A stretch of 64,000 nt of DNA from Pseudogymnoascus verrucosus (lineage: Eukaryota). A model generated the notes under the pieces. It saw only the letters and a program-made list of their open reading frames with translations, had not been told where the DNA came from and did not search any database. Below, piece after piece: positions 32,185 to 44,152 of the stretch. The stretch is from NCBI GenBank assembly GCA_001662655.1, contig KV460275.1; one strand, given 5' to 3'. The first letter of the stretch is position 1; every line of letters starts with the position of its first letter. The translations under genes and the position numbers were made by a program.

Positions 32185-33285
32185 ATGCTGTTCTCGCATC
32201 ATCTGCGCCCATTTACATCTCTTGCTGCCCAAATCCAAGCATCAGCACCTCAAACCACTTTACGGCGAACTTTCGTATCAACAGCAGCCATGGCAACCCC
32301 AAAGCTCCAGAAGGCTATCCTCCAGCCAGACGTGCAGTCCACAGACGTGATCCTGATCACCGACCACCCCGTTCCAGTCGCCAAGCCGTCCTCTACCGAG
32401 CATCTCATCCGCGTCCACACAACTGCCATAACCAACGGCGAGTTGCTCTGGGGGAAGAACTTCCCCATCCCCGCCGAGTACAGCGCCACGAAGATCATGG
32501 TCCCCTGCAACGACGTCGCTGGTACTGTCCTAACGGCCCCTGAGTCCTCCCCATTCCAGCCTGGCACAGAAGTCTACGCACGCTCCAACTACTACCGCAC
32601 AGGCTGTGCGCGCGAGTACTCCATCTTGTTGACGGAAGAGATGGCAAAGAGGCCACAGAGATTGACATGGGCAGAGTCGGCTACGGTTCCTATGTCCGCT
32701 GAGACGGCGTGGCAGGCTCTGTTTGTCCAGGCCGGGCTTGAGCCCAAGGCTGGAAGCGCCAAGGGGAAGCGTATCTTTATCACCGCTGCGTCTGGAGCTG
32801 TGGGAACTTGGCTTGTTCAACTCTCGAAGTGGATCGGGGCAGAGGTGATCGGGACATGTGGGTCGAGTAGCGTAGAGTGGGTGAAGTCGCTGAAGGCAGA
32901 TACTGTGCTCGACTACACCAATACAAATGTCAAGGAATGGGCCAGCGTCGAGGGTAATAAGGTTGATCTCGCAATCGACTGTTTCGGTGGAAAGTCTCTC
33001 GAGGATGCTTGGTGGGTAGTGAAGGATGGCGCGACCTTGATCAGCATCTACCAGCCTCCGGAGCAGAAGAAACCTGCTGGCGTAAAAGGCAACATCAAAA
33101 ACTTCTTCTTTATTATGGAGTCGAAGGGAGATCAACTCCAGAAGGTCACAGAGCTGATCGACTGCGGGTTCGGAAAGACAGCGTTAGACAGCTCCTTTCC
33201 ACTCGACCACTTTCAGGAGGCGTTTGCGAAGCTGAAGAGCGGCAAGGCTAAGGGGAAGGTTGTCATTGACCTTGGTGTGGTTTAG
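32185..33285 (+). CDS. MDR superfamily zinc-independent NAD(P)H oxidoreductase (quinone/enoyl reductase-like); alternative start 32290
   Basis: VPCNDVAG, TAWQALF, ITAASGAVG nucleotide-binding motif, C-terminal KGKVVI. No Zn-ligand cluster. Confidence 0.9.
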   Translation: MLFSHHLRPFTSLAAQIQASAPQTTLRRTFVSTAAMATPKLQKAILQPDVQSTDVILITDHPVPVAKPSSTEHLIRVHTTAITNGELLWGKNFPIPAEYSATKIMVPCNDVAGTVLTAPESSPFQPGTEVYARSNYYRTGCAREYSILLTEEMAKRPQRLTWAESATVPMSAETAWQALFVQAGLEPKAGSAKGKRIFITAASGAVGTWLVQLSKWIGAEVIGTCGSSSVEWVKSLKADTVLDYTNTNVKEWASVEGNKVDLAIDCFGGKSLEDAWWVVKDGATLISIYQPPEQKKPAGVKGNIKNFFFIMESKGDQLQKVTELIDCGFGKTALDSSFPLDHFQEAFAKLKSGKAKGKVVIDLGVV

Positions 33286-33552
33286 AGGGGTGTGTGCAGA
33301 GTGCAGCTTTCGTATTAATAGGTGTTTGGGTTATGATTGTGAGGGAGTCTTTATACATAAAATTGAACATAAAATTGAACTTCAGTTTGCAAATTCCTAG
33401 ATTCCTGAGTTCCATCTCGCGTATATTCCAATTCATGTCTAATCAATGTATACGAGCGTGCTGTACTAATTCGAGTTTCAATTACACCATGTACGTAACA
33501 TAATCTGCCAGTGGATTACGAGAAAACTCACTAACTTCCGATTGGAACTATA

Positions 33553-33677
33553 GCACTCTTCTTCCCATAGCCTACGACGGTAATTGAAGATTACCCCCCA
33601 AGAAAGGCTTTACGCAAGGTGTTACTGCCCTACTGTGGCACTTTTCTTCCATAGCCTACTAATTGAAGATTAACCCA
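33553..33677. repeat. Imperfect direct duplication of about 45 bp
   Basis: GCACTCTTCTTCCCATAGCCTACGACGGTAATTGAAGATTA at 33553 versus GCACTTTTCTTCCATAGCCTACTAATTGAAGATTA at 33638. Confidence 0.75.
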
Positions 33678-34534
33678 CCTAACGAGACTTGATGAAGGGC
33701 TTGATGAATCGAAACCACATGCTGAATTGATTACTACTGCACGCGTTAGTTAGGACCATGTTATCCTAGAGGCCGTACAGTCTCTCGCTATGAAATGAAG
33801 CCAGTTGTCATGCACATTAAAATAAAGCCGGAGTATAGACATTCGATATAAAATAAAACATGTGAGTGCGTATGATATAGTGCTTTACATGCATAAATTG
33901 TCAGAAACCATTTTAATTTTTAACTGTAAAAAATGATTTACTGGTGATTTATTTAAGCCAACAAAATATAATTTCTTTCGGATCCAAGAAAACGATGTTT
34001 ATTTTTGCACTTTATAGTAAACATTATAATTAGAACTACTGTAATCTAATATAATAACATCTACCATTTAGTAACATAACCTTTATGGAAAGTAGAATTC
34101 CCGTTTCATAAGTTGTCGCGTTGAGGAGACGCATCTCGCCATAGAGACGATCGAAGCTATGGCGGCGTTGCATTACATAGACAAGTATGACTATTATGCA
34201 CAACCGCTTCCCTCGCCTTTGTGACAATGCAAGCACTAGTATTGTGATAGGATATTGAAGAAAAGGGCGAAGGACGAAAATTTTCATAAAGTAGTCTCTG
34301 ACTAATGAGACTGACAAGGCTGAATCGCCATGTCCATCCCCAGAATGAAGTATGGAAATAACATAAAACACCGAAACCCATCGTATCAATCATGTCCTGT
34401 CCCATCCAACCATCATAAACCCCCTCCAACCCAATAGTCCCAAACGCCACTGCAATCCCCTCCAAAATCGCACAACTGAACAGAGAACCCTATCCATATA
34501 CCCATATCATCCTTCCCCAGAAACCGATCCCTTC

Positions 34535-34951
34535 TTAAAACCCCATTCTCTCCTCAAGCCCCTGCCAAAACACCACTGGCCTCGGCTCCAAAACCCCAAT
34601 CTCCCTCCCGAAATCGCGCTCCTCCTCCTCCATATCCACTAGACTCGATTGCCTAGACAAGATGCTCCTCACCGTCGCAACAGGCGACTGTTGGCGGCGC
34701 GCCGCACGCAGAGGGTGGCGACTGAGAGGGTTGTAAGACAGAGAGCTGAACTCATCCGCGGGGCTTGAGCTTGCGCTTGAGCCAGCAGAGGGGGCGAAGG
34801 TGTCATGATGGTTCCAGGACGCAGAAGCGGTGGAGGGGGCGCGCGAACGCGTGCTGGATGCGGTGGAGGAGGAGCGGGAGGAGCGGAAAGAAGAGCGGAT
34901 GGATGCGAGGGAAAAGGTTGAGCGAAGGGGTGGAAGAGCAGAGTGGCGCAT
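34535..34951 (-). CDS. Small Ser-rich hypothetical protein
   Basis: 138-aa ORF with CAAAATG context and a structured-looking tail (LEPRPVVFWQGLEERM). Confidence 0.6.
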   Translation of the reverse strand: MRHSALPPLRSTFSLASIRSSFRSSRSSSTASSTRSRAPSTASASWNHHDTFAPSAGSSASSSPADEFSSLSYNPLSRHPLRAARRQQSPVATVRSILSRQSSLVDMEEEERDFGREIGVLEPRPVVFWQGLEERMGF

Positions 34952-36564
34952 TTTGGCGGCGGTGATAGTAATGTTGCAGGGTGTTTGTGGAGAGTTGTAG
35001 GTATGTTCTTATCGAGCGTGTGGTTGAAGTGGTATATGTGTGTTTACCGTATTATTCTCAGTCGATTGCCGTGAGATTGAAAGATTGGCAGAAGCCTGGT
35101 ATCCGTGTAGTGTGTGTCAAATAAAGAGGTCCAGCCGAAGAATCTTAGTTGTGGTGGGTGTGTAATATAAAAACTCTCAATGTCGAACTCGAAAAGCACC
35201 TGGCTTGTGATAAAATATGAACGAATGTCTTGCGTTTCTGTTTTCAACAACGCACTATCTCAAAGAATCTTCGAATTCGTCGAAAAACAAAATTACCACC
35301 GTTTACCTTTCTCTCTCTCTTTTCTTCCAGAACTCGGAAAAGCAATCGCATTATAAGATGAACTGACCCCCAGCCCCCGGCCCTCTCTGAGACACCGCCC
35401 AGCCTGGCACCACACCCGCATATCGACGCCTGCCGCGCCTGCTACGCCGCTGACACACGCGCACTGGCCATCTTTCGTCATATTTTCATGGGCGAGGCCG
35501 CTGAAGAGGCGGCCCCTTAAACGCCCCTGGCGCACGGCTGCGTCGCATGACATTCGCTTAGGGAGCCACACTGCGCCGGGTAATGCGCCCCGGTTTCGAA
35601 GTTGGGGACGAAACATTTGAGTATATTTTTGAATTCTTTTACAGTTTTTGGAACATGTGGCAAGAAGATGGGGCATTACAATGGATGAATATAGATCGCG
35701 AAAAACTACTTTGATAATGCGATTGTTCGTGGTGGATTTGGCAGTTTGGTTAGTGAGGATGTTTATCATGATGTGAGATGTTGTGCGCAGTCAGGGGCTT
35801 CAAGAGTTTCAGAGACTCTCGGCTGCCACTCAACACCACCTCAGCACCTTGGCAGTGCAAACCGTACCTGATAGAGTGGGGAAAATCAAGGGGCGACAAG
35901 AAACATTTTCTTATCACGATACTACTCTACCTGTACGAGCTCACCAAAAAAGCATCTGCCGCCACCGCGATCCCAGCCAGAAAAACTCAGCCGGGGATAT
36001 CTCGTCCCTCCTCCAAACCGCCGTGAAACACCGTTTGCAGTCTATCGTTACTCTGGGCTCCGCATCACCAATACAACAGGCATGATTCACCTTCCCGTCC
36101 CGACGCCACAAACATCGCCTACAAAAAAAACAGTCTGATCATTTCATCTAAGGTATCATGCTTTCCATCGGTACTATACAGCCCCCTCCCTGCCTAGACT
36201 CTCTATCACACCCCCTCCATCCATCACCATCCCCGCTCTCACGCTCAATGCACACCCCGACCCACCCTTCTCCCAAAAAAAACACCATCATGCGCCAAAA
36301 ACTCCACGCCATGCACCATCAGGGCCCTCTCCCCTTCTGGCGAAATCCAAAAGCAGCCTCGCTGCGCCTCCCAGAACGGGAACGCAGCAGCAGAGGCATG
36401 AACGAAGAGTGTAAAAAAGGAACTCGTAAGCCATTAGCCAGGCCACACCCCCCCTCCACCACAAATACACCCCGCTCATCAAACGTCTCTCATGCCTTGC
36501 ATGCACCCCACCCAGCGACTTATCTTCATAGCATCACATGACACCGCCCATTACGCCGCTGCTC

Positions 36565-39500
36565 TTACGTCCTCCTATCCCCCGACTTCCTTGTCGTGTA
36601 GCTGCGTCTCATACTCGCACCCCACGCACTGTCATTAAACGCCTCCACGGCCATCTCCCCCGCCGTACTGCCACTGCGACTGTGCATCCCCTCCCTCCTT
36701 GCGGGAACCACATCGCTCAGATCCATCGTTGCGCCACTAACCGAGCTATTCGTCCGATGCGGCCGCAATCTGGGGCTGCGACTCGGACTGCTCGCCCCGC
36801 TGCCCAGTCCGCTGATGGCCCCACGACTGCCACGACTATCAACGCTACCGTCGCGTGAATGCAGCCCGCCCATCCCCATGCCACCGATCATATCGCGCAG
36901 GCTGGCGTGTCTGTCTGAGAAATCCACTGTCGCGCGCATCGAGCGGCGGGTGTCGTCGGGGTCGGCGGATAGGGCCACGGAGCGAGCGTCGGCGTCGTCG
37001 CCCTCAACGAAGATCTCGGGTACTGGGAAGGTTGAGATCTCGGTGATGCGCGAGAGTGAGTGGCGATTGAGGTGACGCCGGAAGCGGCGAGCCCAATACA
37101 TCGTATCGAAGAAGCCGATGACGACGCGGCGGTGGACTTCCTCTTCGACGCGCTGGAGGCGGGCGCGACGGCGGAGGAACTCGTCAAGTCTGTAGTTCTG
37201 TTAGCTATTTGTAGAAAGAACAAGTGGGGTTAGGGTATGACTTACTTCAAGCTCTTGTTGTCGCTGATGATGTTGTAATGCGCGAGGATCATGAGCACAC
37301 TCGTGAACGAAATACCCAGCTCCGGATCTGCGGAGACCATCACCTCCTCGTAGAAGATATTGTACAAGTGCCTCCGCTCCCTCACCTTCTGCCCATCAAT
37401 CCGTGCGATCCGATCGTTGAGCTTCTTGAGATCAATTCCCATGGCACCACTCACAGTCGCCACGGACGTCGTCCTCGACCCCATCGGCTGGGCCCGCACA
37501 TCCTCTAGGATACGAAGTACAGAGTCTTCCTCATCATAAATACGCATGGCAAAGATTCCCGACAGCTCGCCGAGCAAGCGTGGAAATTCTTCTTTGGTGA
37601 TATACCCTGTTCCATCCGGATCGAACGTTGCCCACGCCTGCTTGAAGCGGCGCGTCTCCTCGCGGTTGACAATCTCGTGCCCGCTCGACCGTTGGTACAC
37701 GTACGAGAAACTCTCGTAGATGAGCGACACGAACAGCGACACGAAGATGTACATGCTTAGGATGTTCCACGAAATGAACAGTGCGTACGCCCATGACGAG
37801 CTGCCGCAGTCGCTATCGAAAAAGGTCGACTCCTCCACGCACAGCGGCGGCCGCGTGTTCGCGTAGTCCATCATGATCTGATTCCAGCCCTCGCCGACGG
37901 ACATGCGGAAGAGCACGATAAGCGCACGCGGCACGTCGCGAAAGTTTAGGTTGTTGGTGCCTTGACTGCCGAAGCGCGTGAGCCCGAAGGTCTGGGTCAT
38001 GGCAATGGCGTATACGAGGAAAAGGATAAGCCAGGTCGCGAGGAGATTGCCAATGGTGGTCAGCGACGCGGCGGCGGTTTTGAACAGCTGGTCCAACGCG
38101 TTGTTGCGTGGAATCAGGAGTAACGCGATGGAGACGAGGAAGATGTTGTGTAACTGATACAGCGTAACAGAATCTTGCTTCCCAAATAGCAAAATAGTCG
38201 TGGTCATTGTCCCCGTCACCGAGACTAAGGAATACAGATCCCACGAACTGCGCCTGAAACGCGGCCACGTGAGACCGACAATCCGAATAACGATGTTTGA
38301 CATGTATATGACAGTGAAGAAGAGGAAGAGGGCGTCTCTCGTACGCGTCCACCAGAATGGCTCGGGGTAGAACTCAAGCATCAACAATATCAGATGAAGT
38401 ACCAGTGTAATAGTGACCGTCCGGCTCCAGAACCCATGCTTCTGCACAGCCTTCTTATAGCACCAATCCTTCCACTTCGGCTTGCTTTTAGTCGACGGCC
38501 TCTTCGATGGGGCCACCTGCCGCAGCAGCTTCCGCAGTTCCATCCAGGACCGTTGCTCGGCCGTCAGGAACGCCACACCCGTCTGCTCCGTATACGTGCG
38601 CATGAAGACGGAGATGAACAGCGTCAGGACGAACACAGTTGCCATCAGGTTGAACACCACGAAGAACACCGCGTTGCCCTGCGATGCAAAGTCCCGCGGC
38701 TGCAGCCCACGGCCCACGATCGACTGCGCGCTCCACATCACGTCGGTCCAGCCTTCTTGCGAGACGATCTGGAAGAGGATGAAAAGCGAGCTGCCGAAGT
38801 TGTCAAAATCGTAGTAGGGGTTTGCCGGCACCCGCGGGGCGGGGAACGTCCACTCGCTGCTGAAGGGTGAGCTGTTGAATTCACCGGAGCAGTCCGAGAG
38901 ATTGATGATGCCGCTCCCGCCGTCATTGCAGACTTGCATTTGGCCGTTGAAGAGATTGACACCGTAGATGGCGAAGGGGATCAGCAGCGATAAGGAGACG
39001 AATATCGCAGAAAGAACCCGCCACCCTGCGACGAAGATGACGGAGTGAAACGTATCTCTGGCGCTGTCACTGATATGTAGTAAGCGCAGAGCTCTGAGCG
39101 CCTTGAACGCCCCAACTGCTCTCGATATAGCACCGTCATTCAAGAACGATGTAATCACATTGATCCACAGCGTAATCAGCACCCATCCATCAATGAAACC
39201 CCACAAACTGCGGAAATAAGCATTCGGCGTCCAGAAACAGCCATCGGCAATCATCTTAATGATAGCCTCGACGCTAAAAACTGCCGCGAACGCCATATCT
39301 GTCCACACGAACCAGTTCCGCAGCGCAAAATTATGTGTCTCAAAGTACTCTTTCTGGTACAATGGCGTTGTCACACACGCTAAAACCACCATCGTCAAGA
39401 TCGCCGCATAGATGAATGCCGAGAATGTGTACCACACGATCTTGTTTGGCTCCACGCCGTCGATGCGCTCTGCACCGCGCCCCGGACCCACAATTTTCTG

Positions 39501-42500
39501 GCAGAACCGCCGTATCGGGTTGTCCGGCTTGAACAGGAACATCGCCGTGTTGTAGCTTGGGTGGCGGTTGAGATAGTCGCGCTGGGCGCGCTTGCGTAGC
39601 GCAGTTGCTGACACGGCTTCGCGCGCCATAGTACGCGGGTCAAGGCCTTCGGCGGCATTGGTGAAGCGGATGCTCGAGTAGAATGGGTTGGGCTCGCGGT
39701 GCCAGACTTGCGCGACAAACTTGCCCCATAGCCCTGAGAGGGAGCCTGGGGCAATTTCAGGCGCGTTGTCAAAGGTGTGAGAGGTGTTTAGGCCTGGTTG
39801 GGGCTCGCCGCTCTCGTCGTCGAGGAAGTCGCGCACGACGGAAGCTTTGAGCAGCATTTCCATTGTGGACTGGCCATAGTCGAGCGGGTCTTTGGTCTTC
39901 TTGGTTTTGCCGAAGCGGAAGATGGTTGAGAGGGAGAGGTTGCTCGAGGAGCTGCTGACATCTTTCTTCTGTAGGAAGGCCTTGACCTGCTCGAGGCGCT
40001 TTTCGTCCTCGGACACGTCAAAATTCTCTTGAATGACAGCAATAAACATATTTATCAGAATGAAGTACGCCAGGATGAACCAGCCAATAATGAAACTTGC
40101 GCCCATCCACGCCGTATTGTGGTGATCGTTATACGTCTGCACATTGTACAGGATGCTCGTCCAGTTCTCACTCGACAGGATCTGGTACAGTCCCAGGAAC
40201 GCATTCCAGATCGAGAAAAAAGTCGTCCGCACCGTGTTTCCATCCGAATCGTACGCCGGTATATCGCCCCTGAACATCTGCACCGCCAAGATTGAAATCA
40301 GAAACGTAATCAGGAATACGAACAGCACCAGGTTCAGAATACCCGTCGCGTTACCCAACATCTTCTCGATAAGTTTTCGCGTGATGGGCACCGCCCAAAC
40401 AACACGGTAAACACGAAGGATCTGGAACACGGTGAGCCAAGCATATGGCTGCCCTGAGTTGCGGATCGGCGGTAAGAGGATGACGGTCGTGATAATGGCG
40501 AGAAGTGTGTCGAAGCCGTTTTTCCAACTGCGTGGGAACTTGCGGAAGTCACTAGCGAGGCGGAAGAAGATCTCGATGTCGAGCGCGAAGGTCACCATGA
40601 TCTCAGCCACGAAGATAAAGTTCGCGCGCCTTGCGGACATGGTCGCACTGCGGCAGGCTTGGCTCACTATGCCGAACATGATGACGAGGATCCAGAACCA
40701 GAAGGATCGGGTGTAGATCTTCTTGAGAACGGTGGTGCGGCTGCGGGGCTTGACCTCCTCGACAACGGCGACGGGGGTGTTGATCATTGTGAAGGCGCTG
40801 CGCTTGCTCTCCTCTCTGATGACTTGGAAGGAGGACGTGATGACGGCGATGAGCAAATTAGTGAGCCACAGCAACATGATAACGATTCCGGCTGCGAAGA
40901 ATAGCGCCGCGGCCAGGTAATCAGAATCCGTGGTGTAATACATCAAATCCGTGAACGTATTTGCGCTCATGATAACGAAGACAAGCTCCAACGAGTTTAC
41001 AATGTTGTCGAAGCTGACTGTTCCATTATAAAGCGATTCGCCTTCAATACAGAGGGAGCCTCGAGGACAAAGATAACCCTTGCTCGCGCGCGCACCACTC
41101 GTCCCATTCTCGTAGGTCCAAGGAAGTGCGACCCCCGATATATTATCAAGGTGCCCACCACAGAGCTGGAAATCGCTTGTGTAATTCGACTGCCCCTCCG
41201 GATCAACCCATGTACACGTTCGACTGAAACTTGACTTGAACGCCTGGACGCCCACGATGGCAAAGAGCAGCCAGAAGAAGCCGATAAGAAAGGACACGTT
41301 GACCAGCAACGGAGCAGCTTTCTTCAAGCTCTTGAGGATGATGGCCGTACCATTTGTCAGCCACAGCAGTCGGAGGATTCGCAGGCAGCTAATCATCTTG
41401 AAGAGGTAGAGATGCTTACGCGTCTCCACCCCCGTGATTCCGATCGCGAAGGATATCCAAAACGCGACAACCGCAACGATATCGATTCTGTTCAGCGAGT
41501 GGCGGAAAAACGCTCGCCGCGCGAGCTGGTACCGCTGCTGCTCCTCAATTGTAGTGGGATATGCCACTGGGGTTTTCATCGCTGTTGTAAACGTCCGACT
41601 GATGGCTTCCGAGATAGGGGGCGCATCAAGGTGCCTCGGCACTCTGACGGACTGCTGCCGCCGCGGCCCAAAGAACGTCATATACTTGGACATGAATGTA
41701 GTCTTAAGCCCCTGGTTGACATCCTTGCGCGTACTGTACTCCTCGGCGTTGAAGAAGAATCCCGAGACGATGATCTTGGCGGTAATCTCCAGCGTGTAAA
41801 TTCCAAACAATGCCAGCATTGCGTAGTCCATAGGCGAGCCGCTCCAAGTGTTCGGCATCGGGTTCGTGAACGAGTCCTTGCTCGATTCCACCGCCAGCAG
41901 AACCGTCTGCAGGATGATCAGTATTAGTATTATTGGCTCCGTCCACGGGTGCACTAGGAATTCGCAGAGGCGCATCCGTATGTAGTTGTCTGGCGCGAAG
42001 ATACGCAAGCTGTTCCCCCGTAGAGGATTCGTAATCGGCCATGGCGGCGCTGCCGGCTCCTCGGGCAGTTCTGCTGTTGGCGTGGATGGGACCTTCTCGA
42101 TGGGCAATTGTTGCATCTCAGGGCCGTAATCCATATTCTCCTCGTCCGTGACAAGTATAGGCGGAAGCCCGGAATTAGGCAGCGTTTCATCTGCTGAATC
42201 CTTCCTTCGATATGCCGGCTCAGGCAGCTCGGCATCATTACTGAAATTAACCACTCGCTGTGACATAGCGCGCATCATGGATCCTGCCCTTGTCAACGGC
42301 CCTGCGCCCGACGGCGACGGCGACGGCGACAGGCGCCGCGAATCTGGACTCAGACTCTTCCCAAAGCTGCGTGACCGCTCCCGCCCTCCACTCCGCCCGT
42401 TCGGTGACGACCCCAGGTTATCACCCAGCCGCGACTGGCGCGATGTCTGTGGGGAGTCGAAGCGCACGCTCTGGAAACTGGTGCGGTCCCGGTCCGATGA

Positions 42501-43058
42501 CTGTCGCGGCGTCGAGGGGTTCGGCGCACCGCTGATGGGCGCAAGGTAATTCGAGTCCGTCAGCCCGACCTGATCCGAGTCGGTCGTTGTATTAAAATAC
42601 CCATCCCCCATATCCCCGTATGGCTGCTGCGTACCATAAGGCGAGTTGCCCACATCTCCCCGTCCATAACTCGGGCCATATGGGTCCGGACTCCGCGGCG
42701 ACAACGGTTGGCTACTCGGCGGCATGCTCAGCCCGACGACAGCCATCTGGAAGGCATGCGAGTTCTCCACCGGCGAGCCGCCCGACAGCTCGTCCTCCAC
42801 GCTCGGTTGCATGTGCTGCCCGGTTGGGAGCAGCACTCGCAGTGTCGGGCTCGGCGAGCTGTCGTCTAAGCGCGAGTACCGTACTGCTGGGCCTCGCATC
42901 GCTGCATTGCCAGTCATGAGGCTGCGGCCACGGGTGTGTCCCCTGTGCTCACCCTCGCTGGGGCCAGCGTCAGTGTCGGGGGGGCGGGAGAGGTTCTGGA
43001 GGGGTATCGATTGCGGCGGGGACTGGGAGTGCCGCGGGGAGGGGTTGTTGGATGCCAT
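36565..43058 (-). CDS. CCH1: Cch1, four-domain calcium channel alpha subunit; exons 43058-37246 and 37189-36565
   Basis: Four 6-TM repeats with S4-like segments (CLRILRLL, ILRVYRVV, KALRALRLL). Pore loops SANTF, SSENW, SQEGW, VGEGW give the fungal N-N-E-E filter. EF-hand DPDGTGYITKEE. Intron 37245-37190 (GTAAGT..CTAAC..CAG). Confidence 0.97.
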
Positions 43059-44152
43059 TGCGTTGGCGCGCTGGCGGTTGAGGTTGAGGAGAGGAGGTGA
43101 GTGAGGTTCGGAAGTTGGTGGTTCCTGGGGAGACGTATGCGCGACGAGGGCATACGAGGTGTTGGTCTCCTTATCGATTGGAGCTCATGATGGCGACGCG
43201 ACAGAGGGAGAGGGGAGTATTCGCCGTGTCCAGAGAGTTGGTACGGTAATCAACCGTTTAAATCGCAGATTGGATGTTCGTGAGGGTCGTTGAAAGTGTC
43301 GTGGTCGTTGATGGCAATGGCAGCTCTGGGGGCGTGTTTGAGGTTTTGCTGAAGGGATGGGTTTTGGGAGTTTTGGGGTTATGCGGTTCAGCTTTCGCGA
43401 CACGCTTACTCTACGCTTACGCTAAATCGATTTCTGGAACAAGAGCGGCGCAGCGCAACAGCCAACGAGCCACGGGGAAAACGGCCAGGGGGGGGGGAGG
43501 ATGGGGGTCTGACGTACACCTGGTCCTGCGCTAAAAATATAAAAATAGAAAACAGATTTTGGGTATTTATTGTTGTTATTGTTGCAAATGGGGATGAAAG
43601 GTCAACAGAGGGTATAAATAATTCAATTAATTGCTACAATTTAATACAGTGATTGTATACGACTAGAATTAAATGTATAATTAAATACAAATGATTATTG
43701 ATTATTATTATCGAAAAAACATCATTTTTCATGTGCGCGCGCGTCTTTAATTAGTCCTTTTAATTACTGGCTATTTCCGGCTTGGCCGGAAGAAGCTATA
43801 CGAGAACGTGCATAGGGAGGGTAAAGGCGATAGTGTCGACAACTTCATTTCCAGATTTCAGTATCCTACATTCTGAACTTCTAGAGAGAGTATTAAGATA
43901 ATTATAACAGCCTAGAATGATTGATGAGCAAGTCACTGTGAACACTTCCCACCTCTCCAGACCCGGGTAGCCCGGGCCCCCTTAAAACCCCAGACTTCAA
44001 GATAATACACGTTATTCATTACTTTTCGGCGTCTATCGAATCTCTGATCATCTACGTATATCGTACATCCTCATTCCATCGCTTCCGTTCCCCATCATAA
44101 ACTTCCAACACCCTTCCTCCATATCAAATTCATATCATCGACGTCTGACCCC

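Noticed and set aside
37224..43153. Many short ORFs overlapping CCH1 (likewise over HIR3, GH5, the PHD gene and the 1700-aa ORF)
   Set aside because: Antisense or alternative-frame shadows of GC-rich coding sequence, with no independent motifs.
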